From the sequence record CP063550.1: 64,000 bases of DNA; one strand, written 5' to 3'. The notes below the pieces were generated by a model. That model searched no databases. It was not told the DNA's origin and saw only the letters and a list, made by a program, of their open reading frames with translations. The translations under genes were made by a program, and so were the position numbers. The stretch comes from a plasmid. Positions 1 to 10,070 of this stretch are shown piece by piece; position 1 is the first letter of the stretch; the number at the start of each line of letters is the position of its first letter.

Positions 1-165
1 TAGAGCGTTTCCTAGTATCCATCTTTGATACATACAATCAAAAATTCTTAAATAGAAGCCATAAAGGCTTCCAACAAGTGACGGATACATTAGCTTCAAT
101 GTTTACTGAGTAACCCATTATTTTGCAGAAGGACGAGTTATTTACACAAAATATTTTACGCTATC
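1..165 (+). mobile_element. 3' end of an IS256-family insertion sequence. It holds the transposase C-terminus (...FLVSIFDTYNQKFLNRSHKGFQQVTDTLASMFTE) and the right terminal IR. The element is cut by the window start.
   Basis: The translated sequence is near-identical to the C-terminus of the 20540-21718 transposase. The terminal sequence ttatttacacaaaatattttacgctatc is the inverted complement of the left IR of the 20446-21770 copy. Confidence 0.8.
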
Positions 166-940
166 TTTGTTTTAAATACTCTTCTACATCAAACAAGTTT
201 TTCTTATCATAATCTTCCAACAATTTGTAATTCTTATGCTTTGTAATATCAAATTTATCAGATAGAAAAGGTCTTGCTCCTCTTAGCTGGTAAATACACT
301 TACCACCATCCATTACAGTTATTTCATCTTGACTCATAAGTTCCTTGCCAGTCTTTTGATAATTTAGACCAAAAGATTTTTGATTTGATCTTGTTTCTGA
401 TGTGTTATATAGGTCTATGGTTTCTTTTCCTAAGGTTTCTGATAATTCTTTTACTGTTGTTTTTTCTTTTCCTCCTAGAAAAAGTGTAGAGTCACAGTTA
501 CCAACTATTGTATCTGCATGGTCTTTATAAATTGCTTTTAATTGAGATTGTGCTTGCAGTATTATACTTGCCGATATTTCTCTTGAACGAATTGTCGCTA
601 TTAGTTTTTCAAATTTAGGAATCAAACCGATATTTGCAAACTCATCAAGTAGACACCTAACATGAACTGGAAGTCTTCCACCATACACATCATCTGCCTT
701 ATCACATAGTAGATTAAATAATTGAGAATACATTATTGAAACTACAAAATTAAATGTATCATCTGTATCTGATATTATTACAAACAAGGCAGTTTTTCTA
801 TCTCCAATTTTATCGAGTTCTAGTTCATCTTCGCTCATTAGTTCTCTAAGCTCTCTTATATCAAAAGGTGCAAGTCTTGCTCCACAAGATATTAGAATTG
901 ACTTAGCAGTTTTTCCTGAGACGTGTTGTAAAGGACTTTT
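161..940 (-). pseudogene. Type IV secretion coupling protein (VirD4/TraG family) remnant. The N-terminal half is missing, and the C-terminus runs into the IS256-family IR.
   Basis: It has a Walker-B-like CLLDEFANIG motif followed by a QSQLKAIYG...NCDSTLFLGG block typical of T4CP C-terminal domains. The extended ORF is only about 260 aa, and its stop codon lies inside the IS terminal repeat. Confidence 0.6.
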
Positions 941-965
941 TTATATTTTTTCGATTTTAGGGCAA

Positions 966-1006
966 AAAAGTGAGCAACCGTTTTTCGACTGCTCACTTTC
1001 TTCATT
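966..1006 (-). terminator. Rho-independent terminator downstream of the carboxypeptidase gene.
   Basis: On the minus strand the hairpin aagtgagca...tgctcactt is followed by TTTTTT. Confidence 0.6.
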
Positions 1007-1055
1007 CTCAAACTTTTCAAAGAAACTTTAGATACGCGCTTAAAGGCACGAAATT

Positions 1056-1985
1056 TCAAGGCAGATTATGCAATAGATTTTGAACATCTACATAACGCCT
1101 ACTATCACTCTCTGAACCAAAACTTACAAGTAAATAGTGGTTATCAGAACTAGATGTATAATACACACATAGATTGTATCTCCCATCAAACGATCCAGTT
1201 TTTACACCTTTTACACCTTCAGTAAAGTATCTATTATCTTGTTGCATAAATTGATTCGTAGTATTCCAGTTATAAACATTTCCCTTAATTGATTTTGCTC
1301 TATAAGTTTCCTTGGCAACTATTTCTGCAAATTTATCATTCTTTAGTAGCTTTGCAGCTACTTTTGTCAAATCTTCCGCTGATGTTGTAGCATTGGAGTC
1401 ATAGCCAGCAGCGTCAGTAAAATGAGTATGTTTATAGCCTTGCTCACTTAGATAACGATCTAAGTTTTTCATGAAGCTTTGATAGCGTTCTTCATCATTC
1501 TTTGCATCAGGATCAAGTTTTCCACCTGTATAAATTGCCAAACTATAAGCTGCATCATTTCCTGAGGGTAAGACCATAGCACAGATAATGTCATAAACAG
1601 ATAAAATATCTCCTTCTTGAAGATGTGCAGTAGATGAGTCAGCTTTCTGCATGTCAAGTGCAGTAGGACTAATTGTAATCTGTTCATCTAAACTTAGGAC
1701 ACTAAGCGCATAATCAATCGTAAATAATTTGCTCAATGAGGCGGGTAATTCTTCTTGGTCTTTTTTCATATAGCTATGAATATCCATTGTATCAAGGTTT
1801 ATTATTTCAAATGAAGAACCTAGATATAGATGGTCATAAAAATCTTTGTCAAGAATGCGTTTAATCCTATCATAAACAGCTCTTGCATACGGCCGATTCA
1901 CATAAGAAATAACAACCGCTGTACACATTAGAATCACAATCAAAGACGCTAAAAGAACAAGCCCCCATTTTAAGAATCTTTTCAT
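1056..1985 (-). CDS. Serine-type D-Ala-D-Ala carboxypeptidase (peptidase S11, PBP-like).
   Basis: It has an N-terminal TM/signal segment and the SxxK (SKLF), SxN (SGND) and KTG motifs in the correct order. Confidence 0.75.
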   Translation of the reverse strand: MKRFLKWGLVLLASLIVILMCTAVVISYVNRPYARAVYDRIKRILDKDFYDHLYLGSSFEIINLDTMDIHSYMKKDQEELPASLSKLFTIDYALSVLSLDEQITISPTALDMQKADSSTAHLQEGDILSVYDIICAMVLPSGNDAAYSLAIYTGGKLDPDAKNDEERYQSFMKNLDRYLSEQGYKHTHFTDAAGYDSNATTSAEDLTKVAAKLLKNDKFAEIVAKETYRAKSIKGNVYNWNTTNQFMQQDNRYFTEGVKGVKTGSFDGRYNLCVYYTSSSDNHYLLVSFGSESDSRRYVDVQNLLHNLP

Positions 1986-2057
1986 ACTTCCTCCTTTCCA
2001 GAGTTGTGTACAAGAATATTCTTTCTCAACTCAAACTCATTATTTTCTATGGAATTA

Positions 2058-2669
2058 TCAGGATAATACTTCAAAAGCAAACCAGAAAGGAAAATACAGT
2101 AAGAATTTTCCGGTAAAACCAATCAATATATAAATATAAGGTTCTAAATAATCTACTGTAGATGACTTGTCCTTCAAGGACACCACTCTACTTAAAACAG
2201 CCCACAGTATAAAGCCTATAACCGCACCAAAGGTATTTGCTATTAAATCATCAATATCTGTTGCTCTTGTAGTTATAATTTGTGAGACTTCAATAATTAG
2301 TGAAAATAGAGCCCCAGCCAAGAAAACAGGAACTATTTTCCTATAACTTTTCCATATGATTGGTAGTAAGAATCCTAAGGGCACACACATTACTATATTT
2401 AATATAAAGCTAATGTTTAGTCCACTGAATGGTACAAGATTAACACTGCCCTGTACTAGAGAAAATTTCCTACCTGTATCAGGTCTATAAAAAATATCTG
2501 TTAGTCCACCTGTACCAGTCAATTCAAAAACTTTCCAACAGTACAGCATAAAAATCAAAATCAGGATATTGTGTTTCAGGGTATTTTTTTTGCAAAAAAA
2601 TACCATATAAATAATACATGGTGCCATTACACATAAAAGGCTATAAAGTGTAGGTAGTATAAAATACAT
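2058..2669 (-). CDS. VanZ-family membrane protein.
   Basis: It is multi-TM and carries the conserved E..Q....R..D.DD...N..G..IG block (IEVSQIITTRATDIDDLIANTFGAVIG). Confidence 0.65.
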   Translation of the reverse strand: MYFILPTLYSLLCVMAPCIIYMVFFCKKNTLKHNILILIFMLYCWKVFELTGTGGLTDIFYRPDTGRKFSLVQGSVNLVPFSGLNISFILNIVMCVPLGFLLPIIWKSYRKIVPVFLAGALFSLIIEVSQIITTRATDIDDLIANTFGAVIGFILWAVLSRVVSLKDKSSTVDYLEPYIYILIGFTGKFLLYFPFWFAFEVLS

Positions 2670-2773
2670 TTATTTTCCTCCTTCCAATATAAATTAAATT
2701 TTATAACTTCATATAAACTTCAAGCTTCTATTTCTTGTAAAAAAATGCCTATAATACATTTTATTATATCATA

Positions 2774-3813
2774 ACCCGTGGTGCTAGTTAATTTTTTCCT
2801 AGAGGGAAATGTCTAAACATGTTGGTAAATCAACAAAAAAACGCATATAGTAGTCTCAAAACTCCCAAGAAATGAGGACTACATATGCGTTCATCAAAAT
2901 ATACTGAACATTATACAGATACTTTTATAACATTCAAGGAAATTATGAGAACTGTTTCTAACATATACCACAATTGTGTACCAGATAAGATTAAAAACCG
3001 AAGAAATACTGATCAACTGAAGCAACGCGATACAGTGATTATTGCTTGTGTTATATGGGGCATAATTAATGGCTATACTAGCCAAAGAGCCACGTATAGA
3101 GCGGTTTGTTCCGTCTTATTTCCTAATGGTGACTTTCCTAGTAGGAGTCGATTCACTCGCTTAAGTTCAAACTTAGCTTACACTATCAAGATTATTCGAT
3201 ACTTTTTCATCAAGAAGCTCACCAAAGGTGAACTAGTCGGAATTATAGATAGTTTTCCTAGTCCATTATGTAAACCAGTTAGAAATAGACAAGCAAAACT
3301 ATTGAATCAAATAGCCAAAGTTGGCTATAACTCAACAAAAAAATCTTATTTTTATGGTCTTAAAATTCATATGATCGTTACTAAGACTGGCTTTCCGATT
3401 ACTTACTCAATCACGAATCCAGGTGTCCATGACGTGAAAGTGTTAGAGACTTTATCGGAAGAAGCGAATCTTCCCAATATCCTAGGGGACAAAGGATATA
3501 TTAGCCATAAAATCCATGAAAAGCTTGCCCTTAAGGGCATTACTATATCCGTTCCGCCACGTAAAAACATGGATAAATCAGAAAAACTAGACCACAGCTT
3601 ACTTGGAAAACAAAGAAAAACAGTTGAGACTGTTTTTTTTTCCTTAGAAAAATTAGGTTGTCAAAATTTCAACTCACGTTCTGTTAAAGGGCTAGAGAGT
3701 AGATTTGAAAGCATATTACTGGCTTACAGTGTTCTATTAAGTCGAGCACAACGACGTTTTGAAGGAACTTTGAGATATTCTTTAGGATATTAAAATTAAC
3801 TAGCACCACGGGT
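2774..3813 (+). mobile_element. IS982-family-like insertion sequence, copy 1 (ISEfm1-like). It carries a 302-aa DDE transposase (2885-3793).
   Basis: It has 22-bp terminal IRs, acccgtggtgctagttaatttt and aaaattaactagcaccacgggt. A near-identical copy lies at 38245-39284 in the opposite orientation. Confidence 0.7.
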
Positions 3814-3846
3814 AAAATAAATAGTTTTTCTATCAAGTATATTGAA

Positions 3847-4857
3847 CTACGATAAATTTGTTATTTTGTTTTGTTTAATTTCGTTGTACTTATTGGCTTT
3901 GACTTCGATTTCTTTAAATACTGGGTAATCGGTGTCCGGCAAAGCTAGCAAATCTGTTTTTTCTGTGTTCCATAGATCATTGATAATGACATGTTTTTCG
4001 TAATGGATTCGCTCTCGATCGTGTGACAGCTCCACCGCTAATGCCTCGTTGAAACTGGCGAAATCCTTCATAATCGGTGTAGATGAAAAGAAGTTGTACC
4101 GTACATAGCCGACTTTGTTTTCCATACTACCTTTCTCGTTTCCGCTACGTGGATTGCACACCTGTGTCTCAAAACCATAGTGCATAGAAAATCGGAGGAA
4201 ACCGTCAGTCAGCACCGCTTGTTCAGTCTTTGTTTTTGTCTAAGTAACGGCCGTTGACATATTATCAATCCGTATTTTCCGAGGAACGCCACCTGATTGG
4301 CTGAAGAGTTCTTTCATGCCTTCCAACAAACATTCTTGATTCTCGGCGGGGAGTACAACGGCGAATCCTGCATTACTAAAAGGGAAAGTCATCACTAATA
4401 CCTTCACATCTTTAAACGCTCCATCGTGACAAACTTCCATCGTACCAAAATCAAGTTGCGCTTCTGCTGGCGGGTGTTCAAGACGCTCAAAGCCTTGGTC
4501 TTCCAGTGTTTCCAAGTAGTGTGTCGCTTTCCAATCTTGAATGAATACACAGACTGTTCGGTAGGATCCTGGAAAGCCATCGGCTTTTAAAGCAGTAGTC
4601 ATTGCTTCAGCAGTCCTACGCTTTTTATTTGGCAGCTTAGCATCTTCTGAAAGCCATAGGGAAACGATGCCTCCCCACTTTTCTGTATACATCATACCAG
4701 TCTTTTTGCGTGCTTTAGGTTGCGGCAGCAAATCATCATCTGCATATTTTTTAGCCGTGCGCCAATTTACATCTAGCTCCTTTGCAATATGATTAATGGA
4801 TTTATCATGATTATTTCGTAAATTTCTGATAGTATTAATATCGGTCATTGTGAGCAT
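3847..4857 (-). pseudogene. IS21-family IstA transposase remnant. It is frameshifted and its 3' end is truncated by the IS982-like insertion.
   Basis: It has an N-terminal HTH. A second frame carries CNPRSGNEKGSMENKVGYVRYNF, the IstA DDE signature. The two overlapping frames span 4215-4240, and no istB follows. Confidence 0.65.
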
Positions 4858-5251
4858 ACCTTTCTTACCTCCAGTTACAGTGTCGAGACTATAACTTTAG
4901 AGGAGTTTCAGGTTGCCCGCAATGGCTTTTTATCTTAACTTAATCGATTTGCGGAGTTGTGTAGTTTTTCGTTGCACTTGTATGTACTTTTATTCTGCCA
5001 TAAACAGCTTAATGAATGTCCACTTGAAAAAGTGAATAAACGAAATAGATGACTCGATTTAATAAGGAAGTAAACCCACACAGAAATATAGGTGATTTTC
5101 CTTGAATGACCAAGATATTGAAAGTTAGTGAAAAAACACAAAAAGGTAGCCCTATTCACAGAAGGTCTGCCTTTTGTGTTATCGCCAGCAAACATTAGAG
5201 GGGGTATTTCATATAGCTTTTGTCCTCTCGACAGTCCTATCAGTTTCTCTT

Positions 5252-6094
5252 TTAACTTATCTCTAAGTGCTGTCCAGTTTTAATAGCTTCTAGCTTGTTT
5301 CCTAACTGTGTTTTTAATATGTTGAAGGCTTTTGAACCTGTGCAGTGGCAAGTAAGGATTTTTTCTACTCGTGAGTCATTCAATTTATTTCCAATTTTCA
5401 TTACCTCTTGCTCAGGTAGACCTAAATTATTTATATAAGGTATGCCAATCATATGGAAGCCACCAATTAGGTATTTTATGGGTTTAGTCGGAAATGTTTC
5501 AAGAGCAATTTCCATCATATCGATAATGCCATGATGACTACAGCCAGTAAAGACAATCAGACCGTCTTCTTGCTCAATTACGACCAATAATTCATCTGAA
5601 AAATCATCATAAACAAATTTATCATCCATCTTTTTGTATAAATTCTTGGTGGTCGAGTTTGCTTTGCCTAGGGGGATGATATGGAAGCTCGGAGCAAGTT
5701 CTGTTTTCGTTTTTATTGTATGTAAATTCTCATGCATTTTAAGGATTTCATTTTTAGGAATACCAACATACAGAAACGTGGTTAAAATCTTTAAATAATG
5801 GGGTAAAGTTACACCTTCAGCTGTATAAATAGGGGCGTTTCCTGATTTTAAATATCTTAACCCGCCGGTGTGGTCAGAATGACCGTGTGAAATAATCACT
5901 GCCTCCAGATCATTCAAAGTTTCCCCCATTTTAGTCGCATTATAGACTAATTTTTTATTAGCGCCAGCATCGAAGAGATATTTCTTCCCTGAGTAGTTAA
6001 TTAAGAGAGATAACCCATGTCCACTTTTAAAGTTCAAATTTATTCTTGAGTTTTCAAATAAAACCTTGATTTCCACTATAACATCTCCTTTCAC
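5252..6094 (-). CDS. MBL-fold metallo-hydrolase.
   Basis: It has the HxHxDH motif (ISHGHSDHTGG) and a downstream GCSHHG block. Confidence 0.6.
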   Translation of the reverse strand: MKGDVIVEIKVLFENSRINLNFKSGHGLSLLINYSGKKYLFDAGANKKLVYNATKMGETLNDLEAVIISHGHSDHTGGLRYLKSGNAPIYTAEGVTLPHYLKILTTFLYVGIPKNEILKMHENLHTIKTKTELAPSFHIIPLGKANSTTKNLYKKMDDKFVYDDFSDELLVVIEQEDGLIVFTGCSHHGIIDMMEIALETFPTKPIKYLIGGFHMIGIPYINNLGLPEQEVMKIGNKLNDSRVEKILTCHCTGSKAFNILKTQLGNKLEAIKTGQHLEIS

Positions 6095-6370
6095 ATGAAC
6101 GTGTATTCATATATTGTAGCACATTAAGTTCTATTTTTTGTTGTAATTACCGAAAAAAATATTAATGGACGCTTTTTACGCTTTATTTCGTATGTGGAAG
6201 AAAATTTCTTAGGATGTGGCGGGGGATTGGGGCAAAGCTAAATTCCAATTACAGTGATCATTTAATTAGACACCTTTAAATACCCACACTTTCATCAACA
6301 CTATAATTTAGGGAAAGAAAAGTGTTGGCATGATATAGAAAAACCTTTAATTAACAGCGTTTCCTAAAAT

Positions 6371-6387
6371 TGGCACGCATCTTGCTT
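6371..6387 (+). promoter_or_regulatory. Sigma-54 (-24/-12) promoter, TGGCAC-N5-TTGCT, upstream of the PTS operon.
   Basis: It matches the TGGCAC N5 TTGCW consensus exactly and lies about 30 bp upstream of the EIIA start. A bEBP (LevR-like) gene sits in the same locus. Confidence 0.75.
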
Positions 6388-6412
6388 ATAGAAAAGCGTA
6401 AGGATAGGAGGA

Positions 6413-6835
6413 ATGAAAATGGCAACTATAATTCTTGCCAGCCATGGGGAATTTGCTCAAGGATTAAAGCAAACAGCGACAATGATTATTGGAGATAGTG
6501 TACCAATTCATGCCTTGTCAGCATTTAGAGATGAAGATGAATCTATTTTGGTACAAATAAAAAAACTTTTAGCCACAATAGATATAGAAGAAACCTACAT
6601 TTTAACTGATATTCTAGGTGGTAGTGTGAATAATGATATGCTCACTATTATTAAAGAGTATGAGGGATTGCAATTAATTACTGGAATGAACTTACCTTTA
6701 GTTATTTCTATTGCAACCTATAATGGAAAAATTGGGGAAAGTGAGCTAGAAAAGCTTATTAAAGAGAGTCAACAATCAGTGATTGATTGTAGAAAATTAT
6801 TAGTAGAACAACTTACTGGAGGAGATGACCTATGA
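6413..6835 (+). CDS. PTS mannose/fructose/sorbose-family EIIA component.
   Basis: The N-terminal IILASHGEFA contains the phospho-His motif of EIIA-Man. Start is likely the ATG at 6419. Confidence 0.75.
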   Translation: MKMATIILASHGEFAQGLKQTATMIIGDSVPIHALSAFRDEDESILVQIKKLLATIDIEETYILTDILGGSVNNDMLTIIKEYEGLQLITGMNLPLVISIATYNGKIGESELEKLIKESQQSVIDCRKLLVEQLTGGDDL

Positions 6836-7302
6836 TTAAGTTAGTACGTATTGACCATCGTTTGTTGCACGGACAGGTAGTATTTTCTTGGAGTAAATCA
6901 TTAAATATCAATCGTATTATTATTGCCAATAAAGAGGCAGCGAATGATGAATTCAAAAAAATGTCTTTGAATTTATCTAAACCGACTGGCATTAAATTAA
7001 CAATTTTTTCAGTTGAACAGTTACTAGAAAAAATGCCTAAAATCGAAACACTTAACGAAAATATCATGCTTATTTTTGGTAATACAAAAGAAATTCGTCA
7101 ATTTTGTGAAGCCTATCCTAAAGTACAAGAAATCAACTATGGAGGGATAATCAAAAAAGAAGGTTCCAAGCAATTTAGTAATGCCATTTTCTTGAATGAA
7201 TCTGAGCAAGAAGATGCCAAAAAATTAAAAGCTCTTGGCATTAAACAATTTATTCAACAGGTACCAACTTCTAAAAAAGAAGATTTGAATACAATGTTAT
7301 AA
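6832..7302 (+). CDS. PTS mannose-family EIIB component.
   Basis: RIDHRLLHGQV is the EIIB-Man phospho-His signature. The gene overlaps the EIIA stop. Confidence 0.8.
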   Translation: MIKLVRIDHRLLHGQVVFSWSKSLNINRIIIANKEAANDEFKKMSLNLSKPTGIKLTIFSVEQLLEKMPKIETLNENIMLIFGNTKEIRQFCEAYPKVQEINYGGIIKKEGSKQFSNAIFLNESEQEDAKKLKALGIKQFIQQVPTSKKEDLNTML

Positions 7303-7309
7303 AGGAGGA

Positions 7310-8089
7310 ATGAAAATGCTCGTTCAGTCAATTGGTTTAGGGTTAATCGGTGTTTTTTGTATTTTAGACTCAAGGCTTTTAGGAAGAATGAATTTTGAAC
7401 GACCGTTGATTGTCAGTACGCTTGTTGGTTTGGTACTTGGAGACATGGAAAAAGGATTAATTGTTGGAGCCTCTTTGGAATTGATGTCCTTAGGATTAGT
7501 AAATATCGGAGCTGCTTCACCACCTGATATGAATATGGCATCAATTATTGCTACAGCCTTTGCCATTTTATCAAATGCGAATGCAGAAGCAGCATTAACG
7601 ATTGCCATTCCAATTTCAGTGTTAGGTCAAATACTAGGTATCTTAATGCGGACGATTTTGTCAAATTTGACTCACGTTGCGGATCGCTTTATCGAACAAG
7701 GAAAATTTAGCCAAGCAAGGAGAATTCATATACTTTATGGCTCGGGATTATATGCTCTCATGTATTTTATTCCTATTTTTCTAGCAATTTATTTTGGAAC
7801 GAATCTTGTTTCTCAGATTGTTGATGCGATTCCTGAGTGGCTAACAAATGGCTTAACGGTTGCAAGTAAAATTTTACCAGCATATGGGTTTGCGTTGTTA
7901 TTACAAACGATGTTAACGAAAAAAATGGTGCCATTTTTATTACTTGGATTTTTAATTACTGCTTATTCTGGATTGGGAATCATTGGTATTGCAGCCTTCG
8001 CATGTATTGTTGCGTTTGTCATGGTTCAAGTTCAAGGTAAAAACTCAAATGGTAACCAAAATGAGCCAGATCCATTAGATGACTTATAA
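7310..8089 (+). CDS. PTS mannose-family EIIC component.
   Basis: It is multi-TM and sits between the IIB and IID genes. Start is likely the ATG at 7316. Confidence 0.75.
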   Translation: MKMLVQSIGLGLIGVFCILDSRLLGRMNFERPLIVSTLVGLVLGDMEKGLIVGASLELMSLGLVNIGAASPPDMNMASIIATAFAILSNANAEAALTIAIPISVLGQILGILMRTILSNLTHVADRFIEQGKFSQARRIHILYGSGLYALMYFIPIFLAIYFGTNLVSQIVDAIPEWLTNGLTVASKILPAYGFALLLQTMLTKKMVPFLLLGFLITAYSGLGIIGIAAFACIVAFVMVQVQGKNSNGNQNEPDPLDDL

Positions 8090-8102
8090 GGAGGTAGATT
8101 AA

Positions 8103-8915
8103 GTGAAAGAGAAAGATCAAAATGCATGGAAATATCGGCAGTTCTTATGGCGTTCATGGGCAATTCAAGCCTCATGGAACTATGAACGACAAATGAACAT
8201 GGGTTTTATGTACGGAATTGCACCAATTCTAGATAACATTTACAAGAATCCAGAAGATGAAGCAATGAAGAAAGAAGCTTACGAGCGGCATATGATGTAC
8301 TACAACTGTACCCCTCAAACAAGTGCATTTGTGTTAGGGTTAACTGCTTCTATGGAGGAGCAATACTACGAAGACCAAGAAAACTTTAATCCGGAATCAA
8401 TCAGTGCAGTGAAGACTTCTCTGATGGGACCGCTATCTGGTGTTGGTGATTCTTTCTTTCAAGGAACGATTCGGGTATTAGCCTTTGGACTAGGAATTAA
8501 TTTAGCCCAACAAGGTAGTATTTTAGGTCCAATTCTAGCAATGTTAATTTCCTTTGTACCTTCCTTTTTAGTTACTTACTATGGTGGGAAAATTGGCTAT
8601 AACATGGGGAATAAATACTTGTCTAAACTGTATCAAGAAGGTTTGATGGATAAAGTAATGTATGTTTGCTCCATTGTGGGGTTGATGGTCATTGGTTCGA
8701 TGATTGCCAGCATGATCGGGATTACAACACCAATTCAAATGGGTAAAGCTTTTGTCTTACAAGATGTATTAGATAGTATTATGCCACAATTTTTACCATT
8801 AGGATTAACCTTCTTCATGTACTGGTTATTGCAGAAAAAGGTCAAAACAGGATGGATGTTGGCAATCTGTTTAGTCGGAGGAATTATTTTTAGTTTGTTA
8901 GGTATCTTACAATAA
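8103..8915 (+). CDS. PTS mannose-family EIID component.
   Basis: The WNYERQMN...FNTHP-like N-terminus matches IID-Man, and the C-terminus has TM segments. Confidence 0.75.
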   Translation: MKEKDQNAWKYRQFLWRSWAIQASWNYERQMNMGFMYGIAPILDNIYKNPEDEAMKKEAYERHMMYYNCTPQTSAFVLGLTASMEEQYYEDQENFNPESISAVKTSLMGPLSGVGDSFFQGTIRVLAFGLGINLAQQGSILGPILAMLISFVPSFLVTYYGGKIGYNMGNKYLSKLYQEGLMDKVMYVCSIVGLMVIGSMIASMIGITTPIQMGKAFVLQDVLDSIMPQFLPLGLTFFMYWLLQKKVKTGWMLAICLVGGIIFSLLGILQ

Positions 8916-8965
8916 GGGAATAACCAATAAATTTGGTTGAATAATATAAATAAGGAGGAATTCAA

Positions 8966-9934
8966 TTGATGAATTCAAAAGAAATTGTTAAAGAAATCGT
9001 AGCGAAAAAAGAGGTAAAATCAATCGTATTTGTTGGCTGTGGCGCTTCAAAAGCGGACCTTTATCCTGCAAAGTATTTTCTAGACCAAAATGCGAAGCAG
9101 TTACGGATTAGTCATTACACAGCCAGCGAATTTAACTATGCAACACCAGCATCTGTAGATGAGTCAACTGTCGTTATTTCAGCTTCTTTAGGAGGTACGA
9201 CTCCAGAAACAGTTGAAGCTAACGCAGTAGCTAAAGAAAAAGGTGCTACAGTTATTAGTCTAACACGAAGCATTGACTCACCGTTAACAAAAGATGCAGA
9301 TTATGTAATTTATCATCGATTTGCAGAGAACTATGCTGCTAAATTAGAAAAAACAGGCTACTGTTTAGAATTGGCAGTAGAACTTTTACATCAAGTAGAA
9401 GGTTATGACCATTATGAAGCAATGCAAGAAGGATTTGCTACTATCTATGATCTTGCCCAAAAAAGTGCAGAATCAGCTCGTAAAGATGCGAAGAAATTTG
9501 CTGAACGCTTTAAAGATGAAAAAGTTATTTATGTAATGAGTAGTGGTGCTACACATGAAGTAGCATACTCAACATCAATTTGCTTGATGATGGAAATGCA
9601 ATGGATTAATTCTGGTACCTTCCATTCAGGAGAATTTTTCCACGGACCATTCGAAATTGTGGATAAAGACGTACCGTTTATATTATTAATGAATGATGGA
9701 AAAACTAGAAATATAGATGCTCGAGCATTAACTTTCCTTGAACGCTTTGATACGAAAACAGAAGTTGTAGATGCCTTGGATTATGGCTTGTCTTCACATA
9801 TTGCTAAAGAAGTCTTAGACTACTTTAACCCATTCGTGATTACTGCAGTATTTAGAGTTTATGCAGAAGAATTGTCAGAAGCAAGAGAACATCCATTAAC
9901 TAAGAGACGTTATATGTGGAAACTAACTTATTAA
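8966..9934 (+). CDS. SIS-domain sugar-phosphate deglycase/isomerase (FrlB/GfrF-like).
   Basis: About 320 aa with two SIS-type blocks (VGCGAS..., SSGAT...). It resembles fructoselysine-6-P or glucoselysine-6-P deglycases and is linked to a mannose-family PTS. Confidence 0.6.
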   Translation: MMNSKEIVKEIVAKKEVKSIVFVGCGASKADLYPAKYFLDQNAKQLRISHYTASEFNYATPASVDESTVVISASLGGTTPETVEANAVAKEKGATVISLTRSIDSPLTKDADYVIYHRFAENYAAKLEKTGYCLELAVELLHQVEGYDHYEAMQEGFATIYDLAQKSAESARKDAKKFAERFKDEKVIYVMSSGATHEVAYSTSICLMMEMQWINSGTFHSGEFFHGPFEIVDKDVPFILLMNDGKTRNIDARALTFLERFDTKTEVVDALDYGLSSHIAKEVLDYFNPFVITAVFRVYAEELSEAREHPLTKRRYMWKLTY

Positions 9935-9953
9935 AAAATAGATCAAACTAAAT

Positions 9954-9990
9954 AAGGTGGCTTGAGAAATTAAGCCACCTTGTTTTCTTC
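9954..9990 (+). terminator. Rho-independent terminator after the SIS gene.
   Basis: The hairpin aaggtggcttgagaaattaagccacctt is followed by a T-run. Confidence 0.7.
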
Positions 9991-10070
9991 AATGTGATTT
10001 TATACATATGGTAAAATAACTAGTACATATGGTAAAATAACTAGTACATATTGTGAAAGCAGGTGGCAAG

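Noticed and set aside
1469-1687. 72-aa ORF inside the carboxypeptidase gene, and similar antisense ORFs inside IS transposases (2894-3085, 38973-39164, 16638-16946, 15103-15551, 25738-26634)
   Set aside because: They are fully embedded in longer, well-supported genes on the same or opposite strand, with no RBS and no recognisable motifs. They are likely spurious.
1056-2669. Possibility that the carboxypeptidase/VanZ pair marks a vancomycin-resistance (van) operon
   Set aside because: No vanR/S, ligase, dehydrogenase or VanX dipeptidase genes are present anywhere in the window. The carboxypeptidase is serine-type (S11), not the zinc VanY type.
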